Assembly: GCA_965263035.1 (NCBI GenBank) | Contig: OZ253580.1 | Location: 2,848,001 to 2,912,000, forward strand | Direction of reading: 5' to 3' | From: Acidobacteriota bacterium | Lineage (GTDB): Bacteria; Acidobacteriota; UBA6911; RPQK01; JAJDTT01 | Length of the DNA stretch: 64,000 nt | Shown here: piece by piece, positions 31,617-42,547 of the stretch | Layout: every line of letters begins with the position of its first letter | How positions within the stretch are numbered: the first letter of the stretch is position 1 | Program-made: the position numbers and the translations under genes | Notes under the pieces: generated by a model | Told to the model about the DNA's origin: nothing | Database searches by the model: none | Seen by the model: only the letters and a program-made list of their open reading frames with translations

Positions 31617-32404
31617 GATCTGCGGTCCCCTGGTTGGTCCTCGTCGCAGCGGCCGCGATTCTGTTCCTCTACGGTCACGACCAGGCGAGAGCGGAATTCG
31701 AGAGGGCACGTGAACTCTGGCTCACTGGGGAGTATCGGGCGGCGACCCGAGTCTTTGAAAGCGTCCGCCGCTTTCACCCCGACAGCCGGCATGCTGCGGA
31801 AGCCCTCTGGGAGATCGCTTCCATCTACTACTCGCATCACTACGACCTGTCCGAGGCGCGTACGCATCTGGAGGAGCTGGTCTCCCAATACCCGGCGAGC
31901 TCCCGTGTCGACGCCGCGCTTGTCCGCCTGGCGGAAATCCATGAAGCTGGAGAATATGACCTGGCTGCGGCCGTGAAGTATTGGTCCCTGGTCCTGGACC
32001 GGAAGCTGCCCCTGGAGGAGCAGCGGGAAATCCTCTATAAGCGGGGACGCGCACTACTGAAGCTGGAACAGATCGACGAGTCGGAGCGCGACTTGTGGGC
32101 GGCGGCGGGTGACTCGTCGGACCACCTATCCCAACAGGCACATGTCTGTCTTGGAACGATCGCCCAGATCAGGGGGGACCATCGGGAGGCGGTCCGTCTT
32201 TTTGAGAAGACCCGGGAACTCGGCAGCTGTGGCGAATGCCTGCTCCAATGCCGGCTCAGCATGATTGAAAGCTTCGAATATACGGGCGAACTGGACAAGG
32301 CAATCGAGGTCGCCGGAGCACTGGACAAAACGGGCTACCCGAAGGCCGGCGAGCTGATCGTCCGGCTCAGGCAGAAGCGGGATTTCTACGCCGACAAGAA
32401 GTAG
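31613..32404 (+). CDS. membrane-anchored tetratricopeptide repeat protein
   Basis: N-terminal hydrophobic segment, helical TPR-like repeats ([22 protein letters not shown]); ATGA overlap with gyrA. Confidence 0.7.
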   Translation: MRSAVPWLVLVAAAAILFLYGHDQARAEFERARELWLTGEYRAATRVFESVRRFHPDSRHAAEALWEIASIYYSHHYDLSEARTHLEELVSQYPASSRVDAALVRLAEIHEAGEYDLAAAVKYWSLVLDRKLPLEEQREILYKRGRALLKLEQIDESERDLWAAAGDSSDHLSQQAHVCLGTIAQIRGDHREAVRLFEKTRELGSCGECLLQCRLSMIESFEYTGELDKAIEVAGALDKTGYPKAGELIVRLRQKRDFYADKK

Positions 32405-32453
32405 CGTCTCGCCTGAATCGCACGCCTCCCATTTCGCTCTTCGCTCATATTCG

Positions 32454-32483
32454 TTGACACGAGGCACGAACCGGGACTATATT
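32454..32483 (+). promoter_or_regulatory. sigma70-type promoter of rpsU
   Basis: TTGACA-N18-TATATT upstream of the rpsU RBS. Confidence 0.5.
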
Positions 32484-32509
32484 GGCGCCGCCCAGAAAGG
32501 TGGAACGAA

Positions 32510-32713
32510 GTGGCATACGTCTTCATTCATGATGGTGAGCCCCTGGAAAGCGCCCTCAGGCGCTTCAAGCGAAAGGTGCAGCAGGAAGACATCATCAAGG
32601 ATGTCAAGCGTCATTCCTACTATCTGAAACCGGGCGAGAAGCGGCGCCTCAAGCAGGCCTTGGCTCGGAAGAGAGCCCGGAAGAAGTTCCTGAAGCAACA
32701 GCTTCACAGATAA
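32510..32713 (+). CDS. rpsU: 30S ribosomal protein S21
   Basis: GEPLESALRRFKRKV..YYLKPGEKRR. Confidence 0.95.
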   Translation: MAYVFIHDGEPLESALRRFKRKVQQEDIIKDVKRHSYYLKPGEKRRLKQALARKRARKKFLKQQLHR

Positions 32714-32795
32714 TACGCGCGACTCGTTTCCGGACCCCTCAAGTCTGCTGTCCGCACCCCGTACCGGTCCTCCCGGTAGGCGAACAATTACGCCC

Positions 32796-33416
32796 TCAGG
32801 GATTGATGCAGCGGATCGCCTTCCAATGGCCCAGGAAGTCGATGGGCATTTCCGATTCGATTTCCAGCCCGCACTCGCGCATCAGCTTCTTGCGATCCAG
32901 ATCGGTTCGGAATCCGATCCGGTAGCAGAGGGGGGAAATGAGCGCCTCGAGGGAACCGAGGACAGGATTCTCGTTGCGAAAGTGGTTCAGAAAGACGAGG
33001 TATCCGCCCTTCTTGCAGACCCTCTTCATTTCTTCAATCACCATCACGGCGTCGGGGACCACGGAGATGAAATAGGCGGCAAGGATTCGATCGAAGCTGC
33101 CGGAGGGAAAATCGAGCCTGGTCGCGTCCATTTTCAGCAACTGGATATTTTCCAACTCCAATTTCGCCGTCCGGAGCCGCGCCTGGTCCAACATCTTCTC
33201 GGACAGGTCGATCCCCGTTATCTGGACGTTTCGTGGGAGCATCGGAAGGGAGAGGCCGGTTCCCACGCCCACTTCCAAGAGCCGAGAGCCGGCCGCCAGG
33301 TCCAGCAGCAGGGGGGCAATTTCCCGCCCACTGTGGAAGATGGGCCCGAACAGGAGATCGTAAAAACGAGAGTACCAGTTGTAAACCTTCTCGATGTGTT
33401 CGACATCGACATTCAC
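32796..33416 (-). CDS. class I SAM methyltransferase, PmtA-like phospholipid N-methyltransferase
   Basis: YDLLFGPIF..GR, LLEVGVGTG, GIDLSEKML, ISVVPD, RVCKKGG..FLNHF. Confidence 0.7.
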   Translation of the reverse strand: MNVDVEHIEKVYNWYSRFYDLLFGPIFHSGREIAPLLLDLAAGSRLLEVGVGTGLSLPMLPRNVQITGIDLSEKMLDQARLRTAKLELENIQLLKMDATRLDFPSGSFDRILAAYFISVVPDAVMVIEEMKRVCKKGGYLVFLNHFRNENPVLGSLEALISPLCYRIGFRTDLDRKKLMRECGLEIESEMPIDFLGHWKAIRCINP

Positions 33417-33496
33417 AAATCAGCCCCCCCTTTGTCCGCGCCATTGTAGCATTATCCCCGCCGGAGGACAGAACCTGCCTGTGCTATCATCAGGCG

Positions 33497-34084
33497 GTGT
33501 CTCAAGGGGGGGCTGAGGGGCTCGACGTACTCATCGAAGAGGCCGAGATCCGGCAGCGCGTCGCCGAAATGGCCCGTCGCATCGAGGCCGACTACGAGGG
33601 CAGGGAACCGCATTTTGTCGGCGTCCTCAAGGGGGCGGCCATATTCCACGCCGACCTGGTCCGAGAGCTGGCCCTGCCGCTGACCATGGATTTCGTGTCA
33701 GTTTCCAGCTATGGCGCCGCCACGTCTCCGGTGGGCCCGATGACCCTGGACAAGGACTTGGAGGATGACATCGAGGGCAAGGACGTCATTCTGGTTGAGG
33801 ACATCGTCGACACGGGCCGCACCGCCGCCTTTCTGTTCCAATGGTTGCCGGAGCGGAAACCGGCTTCCGTGAAGCTTTGCGCTTTTTTGTCCAAGTCTGC
33901 CCGCCGCCGGTTTTCCGCCCACCTCGACTACGTAGGCTTCGATGTTCCCGACCGTTTCGTCGTCGGCTATGGCCTGGACTACAATCAGATGTATCGCAAC
34001 CTGCCGTACATAGCGGCCCTGCGGCGTCCGCGCCGGGAGCCGCCCGCCGTGCATTTGGAGCACACCGCTACGGGCGAACCGTGA
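33497..34084 (+). CDS. hpt: hypoxanthine phosphoribosyltransferase
   Basis: VGVLKGA, VSSYG, VILVEDIVDTGRT, FVVGYGLDY..YRNLPYI. Confidence 0.95.
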   Translation: MSQGGAEGLDVLIEEAEIRQRVAEMARRIEADYEGREPHFVGVLKGAAIFHADLVRELALPLTMDFVSVSSYGAATSPVGPMTLDKDLEDDIEGKDVILVEDIVDTGRTAAFLFQWLPERKPASVKLCAFLSKSARRRFSAHLDYVGFDVPDRFVVGYGLDYNQMYRNLPYIAALRRPRREPPAVHLEHTATGEP

Positions 34085-34130
34085 GGCCGTCGAGGCCTGG
34101 GACGCGGCTTGCGAATGAGGAGAATCTGGG

Positions 34131-36089
34131 ATGAGCGACAAAGAAGGAACCATATCTGCATTGATGACGGAGGACCGGCGGTACTCCCCCGCCGAGGAGT
34201 TCACCGCCCACGCCAATTGGAGCGACCCGGAAGTCTACCGGCGAGCACTGGATGATCCGGAGGGCTTCTGGAGCGAGATGGCTCAGGCCATCGACTGGTT
34301 TGAGCCTTGGGACTCCGTTCTGGAGTGGGACCCGCCCACCTCGAAGTGGTTTCTGGGGGCGAAGGTCAACGTTTCCTACAACTGTGTCGATCGGCATCTG
34401 GCGACGTGGAGAAAGAACAAGGCGGCCATCATCTGGGAAGGGGAACCTGGTGACACGCGGGTCCTGACCTACCAGGACCTGTACCGCGAGGTCAATCGGT
34501 GCGCCGCCGCCATGAGGCGGCTGGGGATTCAAAAGGGAGACCGGGTAGCGCTCTATCTGGGAATGGTGCCGGAGCTCCCAATCGCCATGTTGGCCTGTGC
34601 GCGGCTGGGTGCTCCCCACACCGTCGTTTTCGGCGGCTTCAGCCCCGAGTCCCTCCGCGACCGCATCGCGGATTGCCAGGCCAAACTCCTGGTCACGGCC
34701 GACGGCGCCTGGCGCCGGGGAAAAGTGGTGGAGCTGAAGGAGAATGCCGATCGAGCGTTGGAGGGCGGCTCCAGCATCGAGAACGTTCTGGTGGTGAACC
34801 GGGTAGCACGACCTGAACAGGTTTCCATGGTGGAGGGGCGGGATCGATGGTGGCACCACGAAATGGAGGCCAGCGGCACGGAAACCGTCGAGGCCGAGTC
34901 GCTGGACAGTGAGCACCCTCTGTACATTCTGTACACCTCCGGCACCACGGGGAAGCCGAAAGGCCTGCTCCATACCACCGGTGGCTATCTCGTCGGCGTC
35001 CACACGACTGCCAGGTACGTGTTCGACCTGAAGGACAATGACACCTACTGGTGCGCTGCCGATGTGGGGTGGGTCACTGGGCACAGCTACATCGTATATG
35101 GTCCCCTATCCAACGGCGCCTCCTCCATCATGTACGAGGGGGCGCCCGATTATCCTGGGAAGAACCGTTTCTGGCAGATCATCGAGAAATACCGGGCCAA
35201 CATTCTGTACACGGCACCGACCGCGATCCGCACGTTCATGAAGTGGGGGACGGAGTATCCCGCAGGCCACGACCTGAGCTCTCTCCGGCTCCTGGGAACG
35301 GTGGGAGAGCCCATCAACCCGGAGGCCTGGGTCTGGTATCGGGACTATATCGGTTCCGGCCGGACGCCGGTGGTCGATACCTGGTGGCAGACCGAGACGG
35401 GCATGACGCTCATCACTCCTTTGCCGGGGCTGACGGTGTTGAAGCCGGGGTCGGCAACCTTTCCCTTTCCGGGAGTGGAGGCCGACATCGTGGACGAAGC
35501 CGGAGAATCGGTGCCTCTCGGCGGCGGCGGCTATCTGGTACTGAAACGCCCGTGGCCAGCCATGGCTCGAACCATCTGGGGCGATCCGGAGCGATGGTAC
35601 GATCAGTATTGGTCACAATTTCCCGGAATCTACTTCACGGGAGACGGGGCCAAGCGCGACGAGGACGGCTACTTTTGGCTACTGGGCCGCGTCGACGACG
35701 TCCTGAACGTGGCCGGTCACCGAATCGGGACCATGGAGGTGGAAAGCGCACTGGTCAGCCACCCCAGCGTTGCCGAAGCGGCAGTCATCGGCATCACCCA
35801 CGAAATCAAGGGTCAGGCGATTGGCGCGTTCGTCACCCTCAGGGGAGATCAGGTGGCGTCGCCGGAGCTGATCGCCGAACTCAAGCTCCACGTGGGTGAA
35901 AAGATCGGGCCCATTGCCCGGCCCGACACCCTGATCCCTACCGGGGAGCTGCCCAAGACGCGCAGCGGGAAGATCATGCGGCGCCTGCTCCGGGACATCG
36001 CCGAGGGGCGGGTCGTCGGCGACACCACGACGCTTCAGGACCCAGGGGTCCTGGACGCGATCAAGGACGAATACGAAGAGAGCGAGTAA
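34131..36089 (+). CDS. acs: acetyl-CoA synthetase
   Basis: [32 protein letters not shown]. Confidence 0.97.
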   Translation: MSDKEGTISALMTEDRRYSPAEEFTAHANWSDPEVYRRALDDPEGFWSEMAQAIDWFEPWDSVLEWDPPTSKWFLGAKVNVSYNCVDRHLATWRKNKAAIIWEGEPGDTRVLTYQDLYREVNRCAAAMRRLGIQKGDRVALYLGMVPELPIAMLACARLGAPHTVVFGGFSPESLRDRIADCQAKLLVTADGAWRRGKVVELKENADRALEGGSSIENVLVVNRVARPEQVSMVEGRDRWWHHEMEASGTETVEAESLDSEHPLYILYTSGTTGKPKGLLHTTGGYLVGVHTTARYVFDLKDNDTYWCAADVGWVTGHSYIVYGPLSNGASSIMYEGAPDYPGKNRFWQIIEKYRANILYTAPTAIRTFMKWGTEYPAGHDLSSLRLLGTVGEPINPEAWVWYRDYIGSGRTPVVDTWWQTETGMTLITPLPGLTVLKPGSATFPFPGVEADIVDEAGESVPLGGGGYLVLKRPWPAMARTIWGDPERWYDQYWSQFPGIYFTGDGAKRDEDGYFWLLGRVDDVLNVAGHRIGTMEVESALVSHPSVAEAAVIGITHEIKGQAIGAFVTLRGDQVASPELIAELKLHVGEKIGPIARPDTLIPTGELPKTRSGKIMRRLLRDIAEGRVVGDTTTLQDPGVLDAIKDEYEESE

Positions 36090-36106
36090 CGCCGGCGAGG
36101 AATGAG

Positions 36107-36144
36107 GAGAGAGAAGAGAAGTTGGCCCCGTTCTCTTCCCTCTC
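36107..36144. terminator. hairpin between convergent acs and brx genes, possible bidirectional terminator
   Basis: GAGAGAGAAGAGAA-N10-TTCTCTTCCCTCTC, 14-bp stem with one mismatch. Confidence 0.45.
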
Positions 36145-36215
36145 GCTCTTCAGTCGTCTCGGCTCACCGCTGAGCAGCTGGCCGTTGCCGTCCCGCCGCC
36201 CAGCCGGAGAACTCT

Positions 36216-36656
36216 TCAGGAAGTCGCAGTTTCTGCCTTGGCGCAATGCCGCCCGAAGGCCTCCCGTAGATCCCCGGAAATTTCGTAGGCTTCCCGGCTC
36301 TCGATCAGGTGGCGCTCCATCATGTAGACGAGCTTGCCGTCCTGCAGCAGTGCGATGCTGGGAGAAGACGGCGGATAGGGAAAGAAGTATTCCCTGGCTC
36401 TCGCCGTCGCCTCGAGGTCCTGGCCGGCGAATACCGTGGTCAGCCGATCCGGTTTGGGCTCATTCCTGAGCGCATCCGCGATCGCGGGGCGGGCCCGCCC
36501 CGCCGCACAGCCGCAAATGGAGTTGACGACCACCAGAACGGTGCCCTGCTCTCCAGTAATCGCCTGGTCCACAGCTTCAGCCGTGCGCAACTCTTCGACG
36601 CCGATGCGGGTCAGTTCCTGTCGCATCGGGGTCACCCATTCTTCAGGATATGGCAT
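36216..36656 (-). CDS. bacilliredoxin, BrxA/BrxB (YphP/YqiW) family
   Basis: PMRQELT, VVNSICGCAAGRARP, TVFAGQD.EAT..AR, PPSSPS. Confidence 0.9.
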   Translation of the reverse strand: MPYPEEWVTPMRQELTRIGVEELRTAEAVDQAITGEQGTVLVVVNSICGCAAGRARPAIADALRNEPKPDRLTTVFAGQDLEATARAREYFFPYPPSSPSIALLQDGKLVYMMERHLIESREAYEISGDLREAFGRHCAKAETATS

Positions 36657-36732
36657 GAGATTCTCCTCCTTCCGAATTTTTGTTCGTCGATTCGCCTTCC
36701 ATTCTAAATCGGAAGGCGTCCCCAATTCCAGG

Positions 36733-37899
36733 TTACTCGAACGCGGGGATTCCGGTGATGGACTGGCCCAGGATCAGGGTGTGGATGTCGTGGGTTCCCT
36801 CGTAGGTCGAAACCGTCTCCAGGTTGGACATGTGGCGAAAGACCGGATAGTCGGCGAGGATTCCGTTGGCCCCCAGGAGGTCCCGGGCCAGCCGCGCGAT
36901 CCGAAGTGCGATGGCGACGTTGTTGCGTTTCGCCATGGAGATCTGATCGTGCCGGCACTTGCCCTGTTCCATGAGTTGCCCCAATCGGTAAGTCAGCAGT
37001 TGGCCCTTCGTGATTTCCGTCAACATGTACACGAGCTTCTGCTGGACCAGCTGATGGCTGGCGATGGGGCGGTCCCCGAACTGGCGCCGTTCGAGAGTCC
37101 AGCGCCGGGCGGTTTCGTAACAGGCCATGGCCGCCCCCAAGGCCCCCCAGGCGATGCCGTACCGAGCCTTGTTCAAGCACATGAGGGCACTTTTCAGGCC
37201 AGTCGTCCCGGCGAGGAGACGGTCTTCAGGGATCCAGCAGTCATCCAGGACCAATTCCGAGGTGACCGAGGCACGTAACGAATGCTTGTGGCGGTAGTCC
37301 CTGGTGGAGAAGCCTTCGGTGGAGGGTTCCACCAGGAATCCGCGGATACCCGCTCCCTCCAGGCGCGCCCAGACGAGGGCGACGTCGGCGAGGCTGCCGT
37401 TGGTGATCCAGGCCTTGTTGCCGCTCAGGACAAACCCCCCGCCGTCACGTCGCGCGCGCGTCCGCATTCCAGCGGGATTCGATCCGAAGTCGGGTTCGGT
37501 GAGGCCAAAACAGCCGATGGCCCGTCCGGCCTGGAGCCGGGGTAGCCAGTACGCTCGCTGTTCCTCGCTGCCGAAACGGTGAATGGGGTACATGACCAGG
37601 GCGTTCTGGACCGAGACGAAGCTGCGCAGGCCGCTGTCGCCCCGCTCCAGCTCCTGCATGATGAGGCCGTAGCCCACCGCCTTCAGGCCGGCGCAGTTGT
37701 AACCGGTCAAGCTGGCCCCCAGGTATCCGAGACGAGCCATGGGCTCGACCAACTGCAGGGGGAAGGTGCCGGCTTGGAAATGGTCTTCGATGATGGGGAT
37801 GACCTGTTTCTCGACGAATGAACGGACGCTGTCTCGAATCAGCCGTTCCTCGTGCGACAGCAGGTCGTCGAGACCCATGAAATCCACGTTTTCCGCCAC
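36733..37899 (-). CDS. acyl-CoA dehydrogenase, glutaryl-CoA dehydrogenase-like
   Basis: ELERGDSGLRSFVSVQ, GCFGLTEPDFGSNP, WITNG, LNKARYGIAWG, TYEGTHDIH. Confidence 0.88.
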   Translation of the reverse strand: MAENVDFMGLDDLLSHEERLIRDSVRSFVEKQVIPIIEDHFQAGTFPLQLVEPMARLGYLGASLTGYNCAGLKAVGYGLIMQELERGDSGLRSFVSVQNALVMYPIHRFGSEEQRAYWLPRLQAGRAIGCFGLTEPDFGSNPAGMRTRARRDGGGFVLSGNKAWITNGSLADVALVWARLEGAGIRGFLVEPSTEGFSTRDYRHKHSLRASVTSELVLDDCWIPEDRLLAGTTGLKSALMCLNKARYGIAWGALGAAMACYETARRWTLERRQFGDRPIASHQLVQQKLVYMLTEITKGQLLTYRLGQLMEQGKCRHDQISMAKRNNVAIALRIARLARDLLGANGILADYPVFRHMSNLETVSTYEGTHDIHTLILGQSITGIPAFE

Positions 37900-38072
37900 G
37901 GCGACGAATATAGCAGGCTCCAGGCGGAGGCGCGCGGCCCCCCACCCGGAGGGCGAACCTCCCCCCACTTCGGCGGGAGCGCAGCCCGTGCCACGGGGAA
38001 AAAGAAATCTCCCGCACCACTCCCGAATTCCCGCACCATTATTCTCGCTCCCCCGTGTGCTATAAGGGTCTC

Positions 38073-39074
38073 GTGATCATTGGCCTGACCGGTCGCAACG
38101 GCTCCGGCAAGGGCGTCGTGGCCGACTTCCTGCAAACCAAGGGCTTCGGTTTCTGGTCCCTCTCGGACGTAATTCGCGAAGAGATCACGCGGCGGGGGGA
38201 GGAAGTGACGCGGCCCCAGCTGATCCGTGCCGGAAGGGAGCTGCGGTCCAAGTACGGCAACGACTACCTGGCGCATGAAATCCTGGCCAAGCTGGAGGCG
38301 GATCGGAACTACGTCGTGGACTCCTTTCGCCACCCGGCGGAGGTCCGGGCATTCTCACGCCAGCCCGATTTCTATCTGGTGGCGGTTGAGGCAGACGCCG
38401 AAATTCGCCACCAGCGCGTCTGCGCCCGCGCCCGCGAGAGCGATCCCGTCTCATTCGAGAAGTTTCTCGACCTGGAACGGCAGGAACTGTCCAGTCCGGA
38501 CACGCAAGGCCAGCAACTCCTGGCCACTGGCCGGTTGGCCAGTATCAGCTTCGCCAACAACGGCACCAAGCAGGACCTCCGGAGCAAGGTCGCCGATTGG
38601 TTGCTGCGAACGGCTCCCAAGATGACCCGGCCCCATTGGGATCCTTATTTCATGAAACTGGCGCAAGTGGTGGCGCTCAGGAGCAACTGCATCAAGCGCA
38701 AGGTGGGGTCCATCATCGTGCGCGATCTACGGGTGATCTCCACCGGCTACAACGGCACTCCCCGCGGCACGCGAAACTGTTTCGAGGGGGGCTGTCCCCG
38801 CTGTGCCGGGCTGGCGGACAGTGGAACGCAACTGGGGGACTGCCTCTGCTCCCATGCCGAGGAGAATGCCATCACCCAGGCGGCCTATCATGGCGTGAGC
38901 GTCAACGGAGGCGTTCTCTATACGACGTACTCGCCCTGCCTGACCTGCAGCAAGATGATCATCAACTCGGGTGTCGTCGAGGTGGTCTACAACGTGGAGT
39001 ATCCTCTCTCCGGCAGGTCGTTTCGCCTGCTCCGGGAGGCCTCCGTCGCCTGCCGCCAGCCGACTGCCGGTTAA
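38073..39074 (+). CDS. P-loop kinase-like domain fused to dCMP deaminase
   Basis: N-terminal IIGLTGRNGSGKG; C-terminal RPHWDPYFM, TGYNGTP, HAEENA, PCLTC zinc site. Confidence 0.88.
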   Translation: MIIGLTGRNGSGKGVVADFLQTKGFGFWSLSDVIREEITRRGEEVTRPQLIRAGRELRSKYGNDYLAHEILAKLEADRNYVVDSFRHPAEVRAFSRQPDFYLVAVEADAEIRHQRVCARARESDPVSFEKFLDLERQELSSPDTQGQQLLATGRLASISFANNGTKQDLRSKVADWLLRTAPKMTRPHWDPYFMKLAQVVALRSNCIKRKVGSIIVRDLRVISTGYNGTPRGTRNCFEGGCPRCAGLADSGTQLGDCLCSHAEENAITQAAYHGVSVNGGVLYTTYSPCLTCSKMIINSGVVEVVYNVEYPLSGRSFRLLREASVACRQPTAG

Positions 39075-39114
39075 CCAGGGTGCAGCCGGCAATGGCGCGG
39101 CCGCCCGGGCCAAG

Positions 39115-40476
39115 TCAGAGGTGGGACCGCCGTAGATTGCTCTCCGCCTCCTGCAGCCGCAGGCTGTACCGAACCGGATAGGGATCACCCTCGAGCCTCC
39201 ACAATCGCGGCGGCAAGGCATCCAGTTGGGTCCGAGCGTAGTCCCTGATCTGACGGATATCGGGCAGTTCTCCCTTCGTCTCCCCGGCTTCGACGTATTG
39301 GACCAGCAATGGGGAGTGTCCGCCGGCGATGGCTTCCCCTTCCGCCGCCAGCAGGTCCCCGCCGAAATCCCCCCCCTCCCGGTGCCGATAAAGTTCCTTC
39401 CGGAGAGGGAACGACGCCTTGTCCCTGCTGATCTTCATTCGGGGCAAGATCCGGCCCTGGTGAATCCGCTCCACCAGTTTGTAGACCAGATCGCAGGTGG
39501 GGGCTTCCGGGCAAATGACCAGGTCCGTGCCCACGCCGTAGCCGTCGATGGGCGCCTCCTCCTTTGCCAGAGCGCGCACTTTCTCCGGGTCCAGATCGCC
39601 GCTGACCAGGATCCGGGTCTCGCTGCGCCCGCTATGGTCCAGGAGCGCCCGGGCCGCGCGAGCCATCCGGCCCAGGTCTCCGCTGTCCACCCGCAGTCCT
39701 TGCACCGGTGCGCCGAGGCTGAGCGCGTTCCTGACGCCGCAGAGCGTGTCATAGGTGTCCACGAGCAGAATCGTGTGCCGGGGAAAGGTCCGCTGGAAGC
39801 TCTCGAAGGCGTGTGTCTCGTCGTCGAAGAATTGAATGAAGGAGTGGGCCATGGTCCCGTAGAGGGGAAGGCCGAGCTGATATCCAGCCAAGACGTTGCT
39901 GGTCCCGGCGCAACCGCCGATGAACGATGCCCGGGCCGCAAGCAGTCCGGCCTGCGGCCCCTGTGCTCGGCGGCTGCCGAAATCGATCACCGGCCGCCCC
40001 CGGGCGGCGCGGCAGAGCAGGCTTGCCTTGGTAGCCACCGTCGTCTGGTAGCTGATCGACGCAATCAGGTAGGTTTCCAGGAGTTGTGCCTCCATGACGG
40101 GGGCCCTGACCTGGAGAACGGGCTCGTAAGGGAAGAATGGAGTCCCCTCGGGCAAGGCCCAGAGGTCCCCGCCGAACCGGAAATCACGGAGGTAGTCGAA
40201 GAACTCCGGAGAGACCCCGCGGAAGACGTCCAGGGTCTGCAGCCAGGCCAGAATCTCTTCCGGAAAGTGCAAGTTCAGAACCTGGTGCAGCGCCTGTTCC
40301 AGCCCGGCGGCAACCAGAAAACCCCTCTCTGCCGGCAAGCGGCGGGTAAAGAGCTCGAAGGTGGCGCGCTCCTCGGCGAATCCCGCCTCGAAGTAGGCGG
40401 CGAGCATGGTCAATTCGTAGAGGTCGGTGTGGATGCCCAGGGTTTCCTGGGAGGGAAACAGGGGCCGCAGATTCAT
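39115..40476 (-). CDS. pncB: nicotinate phosphoribosyltransferase
   Basis: TDLYELTM, DFGSRRAQG, GTMAHS, LVDTYD, RVDSGDL, SGDLD, VYKL. Confidence 0.93.
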   Translation of the reverse strand: MNLRPLFPSQETLGIHTDLYELTMLAAYFEAGFAEERATFELFTRRLPAERGFLVAAGLEQALHQVLNLHFPEEILAWLQTLDVFRGVSPEFFDYLRDFRFGGDLWALPEGTPFFPYEPVLQVRAPVMEAQLLETYLIASISYQTTVATKASLLCRAARGRPVIDFGSRRAQGPQAGLLAARASFIGGCAGTSNVLAGYQLGLPLYGTMAHSFIQFFDDETHAFESFQRTFPRHTILLVDTYDTLCGVRNALSLGAPVQGLRVDSGDLGRMARAARALLDHSGRSETRILVSGDLDPEKVRALAKEEAPIDGYGVGTDLVICPEAPTCDLVYKLVERIHQGRILPRMKISRDKASFPLRKELYRHREGGDFGGDLLAAEGEAIAGGHSPLLVQYVEAGETKGELPDIRQIRDYARTQLDALPPRLWRLEGDPYPVRYSLRLQEAESNLRRSHL

Positions 40477-41771
40477 GCTTCAGGAAACACTCGGGCGAAG
40501 ACCGTGTCGACGTGCTCAAGGGTCTGCCGGAGGTCGAATGCGGCTTCGATCTGTTCCGTCGAGAGGTGGGATCCGATGTCGGGGTCGGCGAGGATGAGGG
40601 TCTTGAAATCAACCTTCTCGTTCCAGACTCGGAGGGCGTTGCGTTGGACCCATTCGTAAGCCCGGCTGCGGAGAACTCCCGCCATGACGAGTTTCAGCAA
40701 CAGGGTGCCCGAATACACCAGTCCCCCGGTCAGCTCCAGGTTGGCCAGCATTCTCTCCCGGTTCACCACCAGGTTCTCCACCACCCGACCGAGCCTCAGG
40801 GTGAGGTAATGGGCCAGTGTCGTGCTGTCGGGCAGGATGATCCGCTCCACCGAGGAGTGAGAGATGTCCCGCTCGTGCCAAAGGGGAATGTTTTCCAGCG
40901 CAGCCAGGGCGTTGGCGCGGAGCACCCGCGAAAGTCCGCTCACATTCTCGGAGCTGATGGGGTTCTTCTTGTGAGGCATGGCGGAGCTGCCTGTCTGGCC
41001 GGTCCGGAAGGCCTCGCTGGCTTCGCCCACTTCGGTTCGCTGCAGATGGCGTATCTCGGTGGCGATCTTGTCGTAGGTCGAACCCAGGATGGCCAAGGTG
41101 CACAGGTATTCGGCGTGGCGGTCCCGTTGCAGGGTCTGCGTGGAGGCGGCGGCGTAGCCGATGCCGAGTGCGGTACAGACCTTCTCTTCGACCTCGGGGG
41201 GGAGATGGGAAAAGGTACCCACCGGGCCGCTGATCTTACCCACCTCCAAGATCTTGCGGGCCTTCCGGAACCGCTCCAGGTTGCGCTCCATTTCCGAGTA
41301 CCAGACGGTCACTTTGAGGCCGAACGTCGTGGGCTCGGCATGGATCCCGTGGGTCCGTCCCATCATCGGGGTGTCCTGGTACCGGTGGGCCTTGCGGCGC
41401 AGCACTTCCATAAAATCCAGGAGCGCGGATTCGATCAACTCAGAGGCTTCCTTGACCTGGAGCGCCTGGGCCGTGTCCACGACGTCGGTGGAGGTCAAGC
41501 CCATGTGTATGAACCGGGAGGCCGGTCCCACCACTTCTGAGACGGCTCGGATGAAGGCCACGACATCGTGACGCGTGACCGCCTCGATCTCATGAATCCG
41601 CTCGACGGAAAATCCCGCCTTTTCGCGGATCTCCGACATGGCAGCCGGCGGAATGCGTCCCGAATCGCTCAGCACCTGGCAGACTGCCACCTCCACCTCG
41701 AGCCATTTCCGGAACTTGTTTTCTTCGGACCAGATTCGGGCCATTTCGGGCCGACTGTACCGGGGAATCAT
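40473..41771 (-). CDS. purB: adenylosuccinate lyase
   Basis: MIPRYSRPEM, GRTHGIHAEPTTFG, GSSAMPHKKNP, LWHERDISHSS. Confidence 0.96.
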   Translation of the reverse strand: MIPRYSRPEMARIWSEENKFRKWLEVEVAVCQVLSDSGRIPPAAMSEIREKAGFSVERIHEIEAVTRHDVVAFIRAVSEVVGPASRFIHMGLTSTDVVDTAQALQVKEASELIESALLDFMEVLRRKAHRYQDTPMMGRTHGIHAEPTTFGLKVTVWYSEMERNLERFRKARKILEVGKISGPVGTFSHLPPEVEEKVCTALGIGYAAASTQTLQRDRHAEYLCTLAILGSTYDKIATEIRHLQRTEVGEASEAFRTGQTGSSAMPHKKNPISSENVSGLSRVLRANALAALENIPLWHERDISHSSVERIILPDSTTLAHYLTLRLGRVVENLVVNRERMLANLELTGGLVYSGTLLLKLVMAGVLRSRAYEWVQRNALRVWNEKVDFKTLILADPDIGSHLSTEQIEAAFDLRQTLEHVDTVFARVFPEA

Positions 41772-42547
41772 AGGTTCAAAACTATGGAGGGCCGGTTCTG
41801 GTGAGTCAAGTGAACCCTGGGGCCGGATTCGCTCCTTCCGGAAGGGTCGGAGAGGGCCTCCGACACCTGATCCAACGCCAGTTGGGGATGATTGTTGGTG
41901 CGGCTCAAATGGGCCAGGAATATGTGTTTGGTCTTGGCGCCCAGGTGGGTCTTGAGGCACCGGCCCAGGGCGTGGTTGGAAAGGTGCCCTTTTGGTCCCA
42001 TCAGCCGTTTCTTGAGGAGCCAGGGATAGGGTCCGGCCAGCACCATCTCCTCGTCGTGGTTGGACTCCATGATCAACCAGTCGCAGTCCGGCAGATGTTC
42101 CAGGATTTCCTGGGTCGGTTCACCCAGGTCGGTGGCCAGAAGGCCTTGAGTCCCTTCGGCCGCAAAGCGGAATCCGACCGGCTGGGCCGCATCGTGGGAG
42201 ACGGGGAAGGCTTCGACCTCCAGGTCGCCGATTTGAAAGGGAGAGCCGACAGGGACGATCTTCACCCGGTTCAATTCCTGAAGCGGGGGGCTCTGTTGCA
42301 AGGTCCCTTCGGTCATGAGCACGGGGGCATCCAGATCCCGGACCAGGGCCGGGACGCCGCTGACGTGATCCGTGTGTTCGTGCGTCAGGAGGAGAGCATC
42401 CAGCCGATCCAGGGACAGGCCCGCCTGCCGCAGGCGCCGGTGAAGGCTGATTCGACCGAAGCCCAGATCGACCAGAATCCGGATCTCTCGCGTCGCGATG
42501 TACGTGCAGTTTCCCGCGCTGCCACTTCCCAGAACGCAGAGTTTCAT
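41768..42547 (-). CDS. MBL-fold metallo-hydrolase (YycJ/WalJ-like)
   Basis: LGSGSAGN, THEHTDH, SHDA, ESNHD, GHLSN, LAHLS..NN. Confidence 0.88.
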   Translation of the reverse strand: MKLCVLGSGSAGNCTYIATREIRILVDLGFGRISLHRRLRQAGLSLDRLDALLLTHEHTDHVSGVPALVRDLDAPVLMTEGTLQQSPPLQELNRVKIVPVGSPFQIGDLEVEAFPVSHDAAQPVGFRFAAEGTQGLLATDLGEPTQEILEHLPDCDWLIMESNHDEEMVLAGPYPWLLKKRLMGPKGHLSNHALGRCLKTHLGAKTKHIFLAHLSRTNNHPQLALDQVSEALSDPSGRSESGPRVHLTHQNRPSIVLNL

